DNA from: Patescibacteria group bacterium | GTDB lineage: Bacteria; Patescibacteriota; Patescibacteriia; SG8-24; DYFX01 | Assembly (NCBI GenBank): GCA_030583805.1 | Contig: CP129476.1 | Span: 1,030,657 to 1,094,656 of the forward strand | Length of the DNA: 64,000 nucleotides | Reading direction: 5' to 3' | In this document: piece after piece, positions 46,962 to 56,488 of the stretch | Position numbering within the stretch: position 1 is the stretch's first letter | Layout of the letters: every line of letters starts with the position of its first letter | Notes under the pieces: generated by a model | What the model was told of the DNA's origin: nothing | What the model saw: only the letters and a program-made list of their open reading frames with translations | Databases searched by the model: none | Translations under genes and position numbers: made by a program

Positions 46962-48137
46962 ATGCGTGGAAAAGCAGCGATAAATCCAAAAATTTTGGTC
47001 TGGGCGAGGGAGGATTTTGGTATTTCTATTGAAGCAGTGGCCAAAGGGATTGGACAAAAAAATAAAAAAATCATTGAGCTTTGGGAGAAGGGTGAAGATG
47101 CCCCATCATTTGCTCAACTGGAATCACTTGCTAGATTTTATAAAAGACCGACAGCCTTTTTCTATTTACCCGAACCCCCAACCCCGACAAAATTACCAAA
47201 CGACTTTCGGACAGCGCTATCAAAAAATGTTGAAATTTTACATAAAGAAACCAGACTTGCGGTTCGTAGAGCTGAGTATGTCCAGCAAGTTTTGAAAGAG
47301 ATCGAGCAAGAAGGTCTCGAAGAATTTAAGCTAAAGACGACACTGGCCGATGATTCAAACCTCCTCGTTAGGGAAGTTGAAATCCTGGGCAATTTAGATA
47401 GGGAACACTTTCGAAAAAGCACACAGGATTCAAGAACGGCTCTTGCATTCTGGAGAAACTTTATTGAAGAAAAAATTGGTGTCATTACGCTATCTCTCCC
47501 TTTCCCTCTTAAAGAGGCGAGAGGTTTTTCATTGTTTGATGCGACGCATCCTGTAGTTGTTATTAATTCTCATGACACTGAAAACGGAAAAATATTTTCG
47601 TTATTCCATGAACTAGGACATCTTGCATTAAGAGGCTCGGGTATCTGCCTGCCTTCCGAGGTGGGAACCAGCAACAGTTTTCCTTCAAAAATTGAGCAGT
47701 TTTGTAACTCCTTCGCAGGAAGTTTTTTGGTACCAAATAACTCGTTAAATAACTATAAGCAAAAAAAATCCTTTGACGTTGAGAATTTTGATTCAACTAT
47801 TGATTCTACAGCCAAGTATTTCAGAGTAAGCAAGTTTGTAATTTTGGCTAGATTACTGCAGCTACATGAAATTAACAAGAATATTTTTTCTGAAAAAACA
47901 CAGCAATATAGAGAAGAATATGAAAAAATTAAAAATCTTGTAGAAAAGAAGAAGTTTGCGGTTAAGCAAGAGTATCTTTGTGTAAGTGCGAACGGACCCC
48001 GCTTCACCACAAAAGTATTAGCCAGCTACAACGAGAAGAAGATCACTTTGAGTGATGTTTCACGTTTGTTAAACGTGGGTGTTCGGCATATTAAAAATGT
48101 CGAAAGCTATATTTATAAACGAGCGCGGAATACGTAA
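46962..48137 (+). CDS. XRE-family HTH domain fused to ImmA/IrrE-type zinc metallopeptidase (COG2856-like)
   Basis: N-terminal HTH (ILVWAREDFGISIEAVAKGIG); HEXXH motif FSLFHELGHLAL. Confidence 0.7.
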   Translation: MRGKAAINPKILVWAREDFGISIEAVAKGIGQKNKKIIELWEKGEDAPSFAQLESLARFYKRPTAFFYLPEPPTPTKLPNDFRTALSKNVEILHKETRLAVRRAEYVQQVLKEIEQEGLEEFKLKTTLADDSNLLVREVEILGNLDREHFRKSTQDSRTALAFWRNFIEEKIGVITLSLPFPLKEARGFSLFDATHPVVVINSHDTENGKIFSLFHELGHLALRGSGICLPSEVGTSNSFPSKIEQFCNSFAGSFLVPNNSLNNYKQKKSFDVENFDSTIDSTAKYFRVSKFVILARLLQLHEINKNIFSEKTQQYREEYEKIKNLVEKKKFAVKQEYLCVSANGPRFTTKVLASYNEKKITLSDVSRLLNVGVRHIKNVESYIYKRARNT

Positions 48138-48139
48138 GT

Positions 48140-48652
48140 ATGATTGAGCTCAAAACGGCTCAACAACCAGCAGCTCGTTATTGCTTAGATGCTTGTGCAC
48201 TTATTGATTTTGATAAGGTAAGGTTCCCACACGATCACTTTGAGGTTGTCTGGAAAGAGCTCAATTCTTTGGTAGAAAGTGGCGCTATGATTTCTCCGCG
48301 TGAGGTACGGAGAGAAGTTGTTACGGAAGTAAAAGAAAAGGACTGGGTTAACAAGTGGGCTAGTACCAGGAAACAAATGTTTATTAATCCGGATGAAGAA
48401 CAGGAAAAGATTGTTACTCTCGTTCTCACCAAATTTCCTAAAATGTTAAATAAGTACCAAAGCGGGCCCTTTGCTGATCCATGGGTTGTGGCTTTGGCCA
48501 AAGCAAGGAATCTGACCGTTATTACGTCAGAACTACCTGGAGGGAAAGGTGCGTGGAAAATCCCAGATATTTGTCGTGAGTTAGGTGTTGCATGCTTTGA
48601 CATTACTGATTTGATTCGGGCAGAAAACTGGAAATTTAATGCGAAAATTTAG
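48140..48652 (+). CDS. DUF4411-like PIN-type putative nuclease, partner of the HTH-ImmA gene
   Basis: 170 aa; acidic residues in a PIN-like arrangement (YCLDACALID...D); 3-nt spacing to the upstream gene. Confidence 0.5.
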   Translation: MIELKTAQQPAARYCLDACALIDFDKVRFPHDHFEVVWKELNSLVESGAMISPREVRREVVTEVKEKDWVNKWASTRKQMFINPDEEQEKIVTLVLTKFPKMLNKYQSGPFADPWVVALAKARNLTVITSELPGGKGAWKIPDICRELGVACFDITDLIRAENWKFNAKI

Positions 48653-48655
48653 TGT

Positions 48656-48693
48656 TTTGCCCCGTTCGCCCTTCCTCCTGTAAGATCGGGTAC
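48656..48693. repeat. 38-bp direct repeat copy 2 / dnaE promoter region (TGTAAGAT extended -10)
   Basis: TTTGCCCCGTTCGCCCTTCCTCCTGTAAGATCGGGTAC, 10 nt upstream of the dnaE ATG. Confidence 0.75.
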
Positions 48694-48702
48694 ACTTGAT
48701 CT

Positions 48703-51700
48703 ATGGGCACCAAATTCACCCACCTCCACACCCACTCCCACTACAGCCTCCTCGAGGCCTTGCCTCAGGTTGATAAGTTGGTGAAATTCGCCAAGGTCCA
48801 GGGGGCGACGGCGGTGGGGCTGACGGATAACGGGAACATGTTCGGGGTGATCGAATTCGTGCAGGAGTGCCAGAAGGCGGAGATAAAACCCATAATAGGT
48901 TACGACGCTTTTGTTGCAGTTGAGACGATTGAATTGAAAAGACATAGAATTGATGACAAAAATACCCGCCTCGTTTTATTAGCCGAGACGATGGAGGGGT
49001 ACAAGAATTTGATGAAGCTCGCTTCGGCGGCGTACTTGGACGGCTTCTACTATCGTCCGCGTATCGACCGGAACCTGCTCCGCCAGCACGGGAAGGGGAT
49101 CATCGCCCTCGCGGGGCCGCGCAGCGATATCGGCAAGGCGCTCACCGACGGCGACATGGAAAAGGCGCGGGAGCGTGCCAAGGAGTACGTCGAGATTCTC
49201 GGCAAGGACAATTTTTTCTTCGAGCTTTTGTACCAGCCCGACAACCCGACGCAGAAGGAAACGAACGACGCCTTCGTCGCGCTCGGCAAAGAGCTCGGCA
49301 TCGGCGTCGTCGCCTCGCGCAACGTTTATTATTTGAAACCGGAGCAAGCCGAGGCGCGCTCGCTGCTTTTGTGCATCAAGGACAACCGCACGCTCGAAGA
49401 GCGAGAGCGGTCGGTCGCGGCCGACAACGATCTTTCGATGTCGTCGCCGGAGGAAATCGAAGAAGCGTTCAAGGAGATTCCCGAAGCGCTCGAGAACAAC
49501 GCCCGCATCGTCGAGCGCTGCAACGTCCAGCTCGAGCTCGGCAAATGGAACTTCCCGATCTACGAAATTCCCGACGGGCTCACGGCCATCGACTACCTGA
49601 GAAAAATTTCTTTCGAGCGGCTGCCGCGCCTGCTCAAGCGCCCGCTCGAGCAGCGCGAGATCGACCGCTTGAATTACGAAATCGATATTGTCGAGAAGAA
49701 GGGCTACGCCACGTACTTCCTGGTCGTGGCCGACTACGGTTCGTGGGCGCGCAGCCAGGGCATCGTGCTGACCACGCGAGGTTCGGCTGCCGGCTCTCTC
49801 ATGGCCTACGCGATCGGCATCGTCACGGTCAATCCGCTCGACTACAATCTGCCGTTCGAGCGCTTCCTGAACCCGCAGCGACCGTCGGCGCCTGATATCG
49901 ATATGGACTTCGCCGACCACCGTCGCGGCGAGGTGTTGGAATACGTGAAAAGGAAATACGGGGCCGACCACGTGGCGCAGATCTGTACCTTCGGAACGAT
50001 GGCCGCGCGCGCTTCGATGCGCGACGTCGGCCGTGCCTTGGGTTATCCGGTCGCGTTTTGCGATCAAATCGCCAAGACGATCCCGTTCGGCCAGCAAGGC
50101 TTCGCCATGACGATCGACCGCGCCTTGAACGAGACGCCTGATTTCAAGCGTCGCTACGACACCGAGCCGGAAGTGAAACGCCTCGTCGACCTGGCCAAGC
50201 AGATCGAGGGCAACGCGCGGCACTGCTCGGTCCACGCCGCCGGCGTCGTCATCTCCGACAAGCCGCTCGTCGAATACACACCGCTGCAGCGCGAAGCGGG
50301 CGGCGAAGCCATCATCACTCAATACGAAATGCATGCGGTCGAAGACGCCGGCGTGCTCAAGATGGACTTCCTGGGCATCCGCAACCTCTCGATTTTGGAA
50401 TACGCGATCGCGCTCGCCAAGCGCACCAAAGGCGTCGAAGTCGATTTGGTGCACATGGATTTGAAGGACAAGAAAACGTTCGACATGCTCGCCGCCGGAA
50501 AAACGATGGGCCTCTTCCAGCTGAACGGCGACGGCATGACCAAGTACCTGATGCAGCTCAAGCCCACGGTCATCGAAGACATCATGGCTATGGTCGCGCT
50601 CTACCGTCCGGGCCCGATCGACATCATCCCGGAGTTCATCAGGCGCAAGCAGAACCCGAGGCTCATCACGTACCTCGATCCGCGCATGAAGGAATATTTG
50701 GGCATGTCGTACGGCATGCTCGTCTATCAGGACGACGTGCTCATGACCGCCATCAACCTGGCGGGTTACGACTGGCTCGAAGCCGACAAGTTCCGCAAGG
50801 CCATGGGCAAGAAGATTCCGGAAGAAATGGCCAAGCAGGAAATCAAGTTCAAGGAAGGCTGCGTCGAGCACGGCATGACCAAGGCCAAGACGGAAGAGCT
50901 TTGGGAACTCATCAAGCCGTTCGCGGCCTACGGCTTCAACAAGGCGCACGCCGCCTCGTACGGCATCGTCGCGTATCAAACGGCCTACATGAAGGCCAAC
51001 TTTCCGGCCGAGTACATGACGGCGCTCATGACGGCGGAATCCGGCGATCTCGACACCATCGCCCTCGCGGTCAAAGAGTGCAACGCGCTCGGCATCAACG
51101 TCTTGCCGCCGGACGTGAACAGCTCCGAGGCCGATTTCACGTACATCGACGACCACACGATCCGCTTCGGTCTCGGCGTCATCAAGGGCCTCGGCATCGA
51201 TACGGTCAACGCCATCATCGAGGAACGCAAGGCGAGCGGCGCCTTTAAAGACCTCGCCGATTTCGCGGGACGCATTCCCGGCAAGGCGTTCAACAAGAAG
51301 TCGCTCGAAGCCCTGGCCAAGTCCGGCGCGCTCGACGCGCTCGGCGAACGCAACCAGATCGTCGAGAACTCCGACGTCCTCACGACCTACAACAAGAATC
51401 TCCTCAAGGAACGCGACAACGGCCAGTCGAATCTTTTCGCCTTCGTGGTGCCCGCCGGCACCGAGCTCGTGCCGACGCTCGGCCTCCGCAACGTCCCGCC
51501 GGCCACGCAGCGCAAGAGGCTTGATTGGGAAAAGGAACTGCTCGGCCTCTACGTCAGCGCGCATCCGTTCGAAGAGATGGCGAAGGAGTTCGACAAGCTG
51601 CTCATGCCGATTTCCCAGGCGTTCACGCTGCCGGAAAAATCTCCGATCAGGGTCGGCGGCACCGTCACGGCGGTCAAGCAAATCGTCACCAAAAAATCGG

Positions 51701-52215
51701 GCGAGCCGATGCTCTTCGCGACGATCACCGACCCGACCGGCACGGTCGAGTGCTTGGTGTTCCCGAGCGTCTTCAAGGAGAACGGCACGGCCTGGGTCGA
51801 GGGCGCGAACTTGGCGGTTACCGGACGCGTCTCGCGCAAGGACGACGAGTTCAAGATCCTCGCCGACCGCGGCTGGCCGCTCACGAGCGAAACGATCCCG
51901 GTCTACAAAGCGCATTTCAACGGCGAGGCGGTCAGCTCCGACATGATGCTTTCCATGCAGCGCCCGCGCGCCAAGCCGGGGAGCGGGGAAGTGCGCATCG
52001 TCCTGCCGTCCAAGATGCCGCCGTCCGCCGTGGCGGCGCTCAAGGCCGCGCTGGCGAAGTACCCCGGCGCCACCCACGTCGCGCTCGACGTCCGTTCCGA
52101 GGGCGGCTACCAGCGCGTCGAGACGTCGTTCCAAATCGACCCTTCCCCGGACGCCGTCGCCGCCATCGAAAAGCAAGTCGGCATGGGCAACGTGAAGGTC
52201 CAGCTTCCTGTATAA
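48703..52215 (+). CDS. dnaE: DNA polymerase III subunit alpha
   Basis: PHP domain (THLHTHSHYSLLE), polymerase core, OB-fold; 1170 aa. Confidence 0.95.
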   Translation: MGTKFTHLHTHSHYSLLEALPQVDKLVKFAKVQGATAVGLTDNGNMFGVIEFVQECQKAEIKPIIGYDAFVAVETIELKRHRIDDKNTRLVLLAETMEGYKNLMKLASAAYLDGFYYRPRIDRNLLRQHGKGIIALAGPRSDIGKALTDGDMEKARERAKEYVEILGKDNFFFELLYQPDNPTQKETNDAFVALGKELGIGVVASRNVYYLKPEQAEARSLLLCIKDNRTLEERERSVAADNDLSMSSPEEIEEAFKEIPEALENNARIVERCNVQLELGKWNFPIYEIPDGLTAIDYLRKISFERLPRLLKRPLEQREIDRLNYEIDIVEKKGYATYFLVVADYGSWARSQGIVLTTRGSAAGSLMAYAIGIVTVNPLDYNLPFERFLNPQRPSAPDIDMDFADHRRGEVLEYVKRKYGADHVAQICTFGTMAARASMRDVGRALGYPVAFCDQIAKTIPFGQQGFAMTIDRALNETPDFKRRYDTEPEVKRLVDLAKQIEGNARHCSVHAAGVVISDKPLVEYTPLQREAGGEAIITQYEMHAVEDAGVLKMDFLGIRNLSILEYAIALAKRTKGVEVDLVHMDLKDKKTFDMLAAGKTMGLFQLNGDGMTKYLMQLKPTVIEDIMAMVALYRPGPIDIIPEFIRRKQNPRLITYLDPRMKEYLGMSYGMLVYQDDVLMTAINLAGYDWLEADKFRKAMGKKIPEEMAKQEIKFKEGCVEHGMTKAKTEELWELIKPFAAYGFNKAHAASYGIVAYQTAYMKANFPAEYMTALMTAESGDLDTIALAVKECNALGINVLPPDVNSSEADFTYIDDHTIRFGLGVIKGLGIDTVNAIIEERKASGAFKDLADFAGRIPGKAFNKKSLEALAKSGALDALGERNQIVENSDVLTTYNKNLLKERDNGQSNLFAFVVPAGTELVPTLGLRNVPPATQRKRLDWEKELLGLYVSAHPFEEMAKEFDKLLMPISQAFTLPEKSPIRVGGTVTAVKQIVTKKSGEPMLFATITDPTGTVECLVFPSVFKENGTAWVEGANLAVTGRVSRKDDEFKILADRGWPLTSETIPVYKAHFNGEAVSSDMMLSMQRPRAKPGSGEVRIVLPSKMPPSAVAALKAALAKYPGATHVALDVRSEGGYQRVETSFQIDPSPDAVAAIEKQVGMGNVKVQLPV

Positions 52216-52224
52216 TGGAGGTCT

Positions 52225-53289
52225 ATGACCAGGAAAGAGCAGGAGCAGCTGATTGCGCGGGCTTACGAGGCGGCGCATTTCGACGAGCGCACGCCCGAGG
52301 AGCGCGGTTTCGGCGAACGTTTTGAAAAGGAATTCAAGCCGAAGCTCATTGCGGGCATCGGCTTCAATCTTGATGTCGCCGAAGCGCGCCTGAAACGGAA
52401 GAAAAAGTTCTACGCGCTAATGATCGCTTTCGCGATCCTCACGTCTCCGGCCGTCATTTTCTTGCAGAATGTAGAAGCACAGCGCGCGGTTGAATTCTGG
52501 ATCTACGCCCTCGTGCTGCTGGGAATCGGCGGCTGGTCGTATATCGCGCGGAAGCGGCCGAACGAAGAAGATCCGAATCACGCCCTCTTGCTCGGAGCGG
52601 TACTCGAACGCTTCGGCTGCGCGATCGGTTCCGGAGCCGCGCTCGATCACGCCGCCGGCAAGAATGCCACGATCCGTCCGGACCATACCTCGCTGCGGAT
52701 CCTCCCTGAATACGTCAAAGGCACATTCGACGGGCACGTGCCCTTTACCGCCTGGCGCGCGCTCGCCAGGAAGAAGCAGGGTAAAAGCAGTACGACGATA
52801 TTTAAAGGCTGGCATCTCGCAGTCGATCTGCCTTTTACGTTCGTCGGAACGACGGTGGTCTACGAGCGTGGCGCGCGGGCGCTGTATCGAAAAAGCGGGA
52901 TGTCAGACGTCTCGTTGGAGGACCCTGATTTTTCCAGGCGGTTCGGCGTGCTTTCAAGCGACCAAGTTGAGGCGCGTATGATCCTTGCTCCCGACGTCAT
53001 GCACCATTTATCGGAAACGAGCCAGCGTTTCAAAGAAGGTCAGCGGATCCGTTTCGGCTCTTTGCTGCTCGGCTTTTCCGGAAATTCGGCGCATGTCTGG
53101 ATTCCGTCTTGGGAAACGTCGCTCTCTTCTTGGCGGCCGCTCGAGCCAGCCGTACTCATCGAGAGTCTTCATGATGTCTACGAAGAGCTCGCGAATCTCC
53201 GCGCCTTTCTCCGCGACATCGACGTCATCGCCGAGTCGGAAGGCTTCCGCGCCCAGGCCGCCAAAAACGGGGCAGCCAAGGCGTCTTGA
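52225..53289 (+). CDS. Hypothetical membrane protein
   Basis: 354 aa, two central TM helices. Confidence 0.35.
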   Translation: MTRKEQEQLIARAYEAAHFDERTPEERGFGERFEKEFKPKLIAGIGFNLDVAEARLKRKKKFYALMIAFAILTSPAVIFLQNVEAQRAVEFWIYALVLLGIGGWSYIARKRPNEEDPNHALLLGAVLERFGCAIGSGAALDHAAGKNATIRPDHTSLRILPEYVKGTFDGHVPFTAWRALARKKQGKSSTTIFKGWHLAVDLPFTFVGTTVVYERGARALYRKSGMSDVSLEDPDFSRRFGVLSSDQVEARMILAPDVMHHLSETSQRFKEGQRIRFGSLLLGFSGNSAHVWIPSWETSLSSWRPLEPAVLIESLHDVYEELANLRAFLRDIDVIAESEGFRAQAAKNGAAKAS

Positions 53290-53388
53290 CATCCGCCCCG
53301 TTTTCCCCTAAGGTCACCTGTCCTGAATCGGGGAGGTCCCCGCGCAGGGGTTCCTTTCTCGAATCTAACCCACCACGGAGCGCACGGT

Positions 53389-53550
53389 ATGAGCGACCCC
53401 GGATCCAAACGGCCCCTCTATCGGCCGGTCCAACCTACGCCAGACCAGGAAGAGCAGATCGCTTCCTTGCTTGATCGCCTCGGCACGGCCTCCGACGAGC
53501 CGTCCGCTTCCGAGATCCCGGCCGACCCCGCGGCGCCGACGGCGCCCTAG
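53389..53550 (+). CDS. Small ORF (53 aa) of unknown function
   Basis: ATG after ACGGAG; followed by hairpin terminator 53583-53602; not in ORF track (<60 aa). Confidence 0.25.
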   Translation: MSDPGSKRPLYRPVQPTPDQEEQIASLLDRLGTASDEPSASEIPADPAAPTAP

Positions 53551-53582
53551 CGTTGTCCCGGCTCGACTTTCCGTGGTAAATT

Positions 53583-53602
53583 GTGAGCGCAAGCTCACTT
53601 TT
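53583..53602 (+). terminator. Intrinsic terminator
   Basis: GTGAGCGCAAGCTCACTTTTTT. Confidence 0.45.
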
Positions 53603-53615
53603 TTCGTATCTTCGT

Positions 53616-54857
53616 ATGCAGGAAAACGAACGCTCCAGGGAACGCGCGGAGCGCCTGAACCAGGTCTTCGAATCACTGCTCAAAGGCCGCCAGGCCGAAC
53701 GCGCCGAGCAGCAGGAAGGCGGAGAAGCCTGGCTCGAAGAACGGATCGGCAACCTGCCCGAACGGGCGCAGGGCGAGATTCGGGCGTTCGAGCGCAAGCT
53801 CGCCGACGCGGGCATTGCGAATCCTGCCAAGCGCGCCGAGCTCACCGAGGAAAAGATCATCGCCTTCGAGCAGACGTACCAAGATCGCCGATTCACGGTG
53901 GGCGAGGGCAAGCACATGCTCAATAAGGCTTTTGCCAAAGAACACGCCGTCACCTGGCTCAAGGAAATTCTCGGCGATTCGCCGACGCCGGAAGATTTGA
54001 AAAAAATCGGCCTGCTCAACGCCGACGCCAACGGCCTCAAGGCCGTAAACGACCTTTCCAGCTCTCATGAAAAAGGGACGGAGTACCTGAGGCGCATCGC
54101 CGAGGTGCTCGCGGATGACGAGAATCCGGAAGCGAAGCGGTTGAAGGAGCTCGGCGTCGAGATCCGATTGCCCCACACGGCCGGCGGCGACGAATTCGGC
54201 GTGCTCCTCTTTTCCGAAAAGGCCATCGAGCCGGAAACGATGGAGGAAGCGATCCGCTTATACGAAAGCGCGACGGCAAAAGTCGACGCCTCCGACCTCG
54301 TCGATTTTTCGGATGAAGGCACGCTTCTTCGCTACATGGGTATCTCGGAGCGCCAACACGATCTGATGGACGAGACGCAGCGCCGAGAGCGTCTCGATGC
54401 GGCACGCGCCGAAGTGCCTAAGGGTTTTCAGATGCGCGCCAGCGCCTCATTCGGCGCCGCGACGCTCTATGACGGCATGATCTCCGCGCTCGAGCATCAG
54501 TCGAAGCCGCTGAGCAGCGAGGACGACTTCAACCGCGCCGTCGACAAGATCGTCGGCGGCATGTGGGACGCGGCCGACAAAGCTGCGATGGAGAACAAGA
54601 CGGCCTATAAGGAATCGCTGCGTGCCGAAAACGCTTCGGGCCAGGACAAGTTTTTCTCCAAAGTGCTGGCGCGTACGAGCGAAGCGCGCGTGCTCGAGGC
54701 TAAGCTCGATGCCATGACGATGGAACTCAAGAAGAACGAAACGATGGAGTCCGAACTCGCCAAGCTTGATGCGCTCATGGAGCAGGGGCTCATGGATGAT
54801 GCGGCATACGGCAAGAATATGCGGGAGATCCGCAAAAAGTATCGTACGGTCTCTTAA
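53616..54857 (+). CDS. GGDEF-domain protein (putative diguanylate cyclase; degenerate RxGGDEF)
   Basis: DANGLKAVND and HTAGGDEFGVLL motifs; start set at the ATG downstream of the terminator hairpin. Confidence 0.5.
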   Translation: MQENERSRERAERLNQVFESLLKGRQAERAEQQEGGEAWLEERIGNLPERAQGEIRAFERKLADAGIANPAKRAELTEEKIIAFEQTYQDRRFTVGEGKHMLNKAFAKEHAVTWLKEILGDSPTPEDLKKIGLLNADANGLKAVNDLSSSHEKGTEYLRRIAEVLADDENPEAKRLKELGVEIRLPHTAGGDEFGVLLFSEKAIEPETMEEAIRLYESATAKVDASDLVDFSDEGTLLRYMGISERQHDLMDETQRRERLDAARAEVPKGFQMRASASFGAATLYDGMISALEHQSKPLSSEDDFNRAVDKIVGGMWDAADKAAMENKTAYKESLRAENASGQDKFFSKVLARTSEARVLEAKLDAMTMELKKNETMESELAKLDALMEQGLMDDAAYGKNMREIRKKYRTVS

Positions 54858-54877
54858 CGTGTTATACTGAGATTGCT

Positions 54878-56401
54878 ATGCCGCCTAGGAGGAAAAAAAC
54901 CGAGAGCGAAGCCGAATCGCAGGATTTGGACGCGCTTTCGCCGGAGGCAGCGAAACCGAAGCCGAAACCGAAGCGCGCGCCGCGGGCCAAAAAGCCGGCG
55001 GAAGTGAAGCCTTCGGAGCCGGAACCGGTCGTGAAACCGCCGGAACGTATTCCCGCTATCATTCCGATCAAGACGCCGCTCACGCCGGCGCCGCGTATTT
55101 CGATCGAACCGGATATCCTTCCCGGCCAGCAAGAGGAAGAGCCGTGGAAGCCGATGCTGAGCAAGAGCGCCGATCTTTCGCTGCCCCCGAAACCGCTCAT
55201 GCAGAACAAGAAGGTCACGGCCCAGGATGTCGAAGACATCATGGCGGCCGACGACGATGAAGATCCGGAATACCGCAGCACGTTCCAAATGCCGGTGCGT
55301 ACCGGCATCTACCGCAAGATCGCGCTCGGCTTCGCCGTGCTGGCCCTCGTGGTCGGCGCCGGCGTCGCCTACGTGGTCTACGCGCAAGCGACGGTTTCCG
55401 TCTTTCCCCAAAAAGCTGAAGTGACGACCGAGCGCGTGCTGACCGTCACGGCCACGCCGCAGAACGCCGATGAAATTCCGGGCCAGGTCGCGGAAGTAAC
55501 CGTGGCCGGCGAAAAGACGGGCGTTCCGGAAACGTCGACCAAGACCGACGGTATCGCGACGGGAACCGTCACCCTCATCAACGAAACGTCGAGCGACCAG
55601 GTACTCATCCCGACCACGCGCCTGCTGAGCAATGAGGGAATTCTTTTCCGCCTCAAGGCGCGCGTGAACGTGCCGGCGAAAGGCCGGGTCCAAGCCGAGG
55701 CCTACGCCGACAAGGCCGGAGAAAGCGGCAATATCGCGCCGACGCGCTTCACGATTCCGGGTCTTAACGCCGCGCTGCAGGAATCGATTTACGCCGAATC
55801 CGAAGCGGCCATGACTGGCGGCATCGTGACGGTCGGAACGATTTCATCCGCTGATATCGAAAAAACGGAAAATGCGTTGCGGCAAGAGCTGATCGCCCAA
55901 GCGCGCGCGGAATTTGCCGAAGAGACCGAGAATCCTTGGACGGGCCACGCGCTCGTCGCCGAAACGATGGCGCGCAACGTCAGCGCCGGCCCCGGCGAGA
56001 CGGCGAACGGCGTGACGGTGCGGCTTACGCTGCGCGTCCGTGCCGTGGACTTCGACCGCGTCAAAGCTGTCGCCGCTTCGGCCGAAGACCTGAAGCGCAG
56101 CCTGACGTCCGACCGCGAGCTGATCGGCGTCAAAGTCGATGATTCTTCCTTCACGATCGACAAAGCCGATGCCAAAGCCGGAACGGCTTCCCTGCGCGTC
56201 GCGCTTACGGGACAAACGCGCGTTTCCCTGGAAAGCCCGCTGTTCGACGCTGAAAAACTCCGCGGTCTCGGCCTGGAAGACGTGCAAACCTACTTCGAAG
56301 GCATCGAGGGCGTCGAGCGCGTCGACGTGAAATTCCGCCCCTTCTGGCTCAAACGGATGCCGCTTCTGCCGGATCGCATCGAATTCCAAGTTGAGAAATA
56401 A
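54878..56401 (+). CDS. Hypothetical membrane protein (Lys/Pro-rich N-terminus, single TM, large extracytoplasmic domain)
   Basis: 507 aa; TM IALGFAVLALVVGAGVAYVVY. Confidence 0.4.
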   Translation: MPPRRKKTESEAESQDLDALSPEAAKPKPKPKRAPRAKKPAEVKPSEPEPVVKPPERIPAIIPIKTPLTPAPRISIEPDILPGQQEEEPWKPMLSKSADLSLPPKPLMQNKKVTAQDVEDIMAADDDEDPEYRSTFQMPVRTGIYRKIALGFAVLALVVGAGVAYVVYAQATVSVFPQKAEVTTERVLTVTATPQNADEIPGQVAEVTVAGEKTGVPETSTKTDGIATGTVTLINETSSDQVLIPTTRLLSNEGILFRLKARVNVPAKGRVQAEAYADKAGESGNIAPTRFTIPGLNAALQESIYAESEAAMTGGIVTVGTISSADIEKTENALRQELIAQARAEFAEETENPWTGHALVAETMARNVSAGPGETANGVTVRLTLRVRAVDFDRVKAVAASAEDLKRSLTSDRELIGVKVDDSSFTIDKADAKAGTASLRVALTGQTRVSLESPLFDAEKLRGLGLEDVQTYFEGIEGVERVDVKFRPFWLKRMPLLPDRIEFQVEK

Positions 56402-56404
56402 GCC

Positions 56405-56432
56405 TAAAGCCCCTCGAACGAGGGGCTTTTCG
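56405..56432 (+). terminator. Intrinsic terminator
   Basis: AAAGCCCCTCGAACGAGGGGCTTTTCG. Confidence 0.6.
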
Positions 56433-56488
56433 ATTTCCAACCCGTCATGTTAAGGTGGAGCCTGTACAACAACCCTGAAACCCTTGTT

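Larger units (their letters stand above)
45598..48693 (+). mobile_element. Low-GC (~40%) genomic island carrying nuclease/defence-type genes, inserted upstream of dnaE
   Basis: Sharp GC drop relative to ~63% flanks; bounded internally by 38-bp direct repeats; no integrase found. Confidence 0.5.

Noticed and set aside
53290-53388. Possible c-di-GMP riboswitch upstream of the GGDEF gene
   Set aside because: Only short GC hairpins. No recognisable GEMM-I/II consensus or long-range pairings could be traced.
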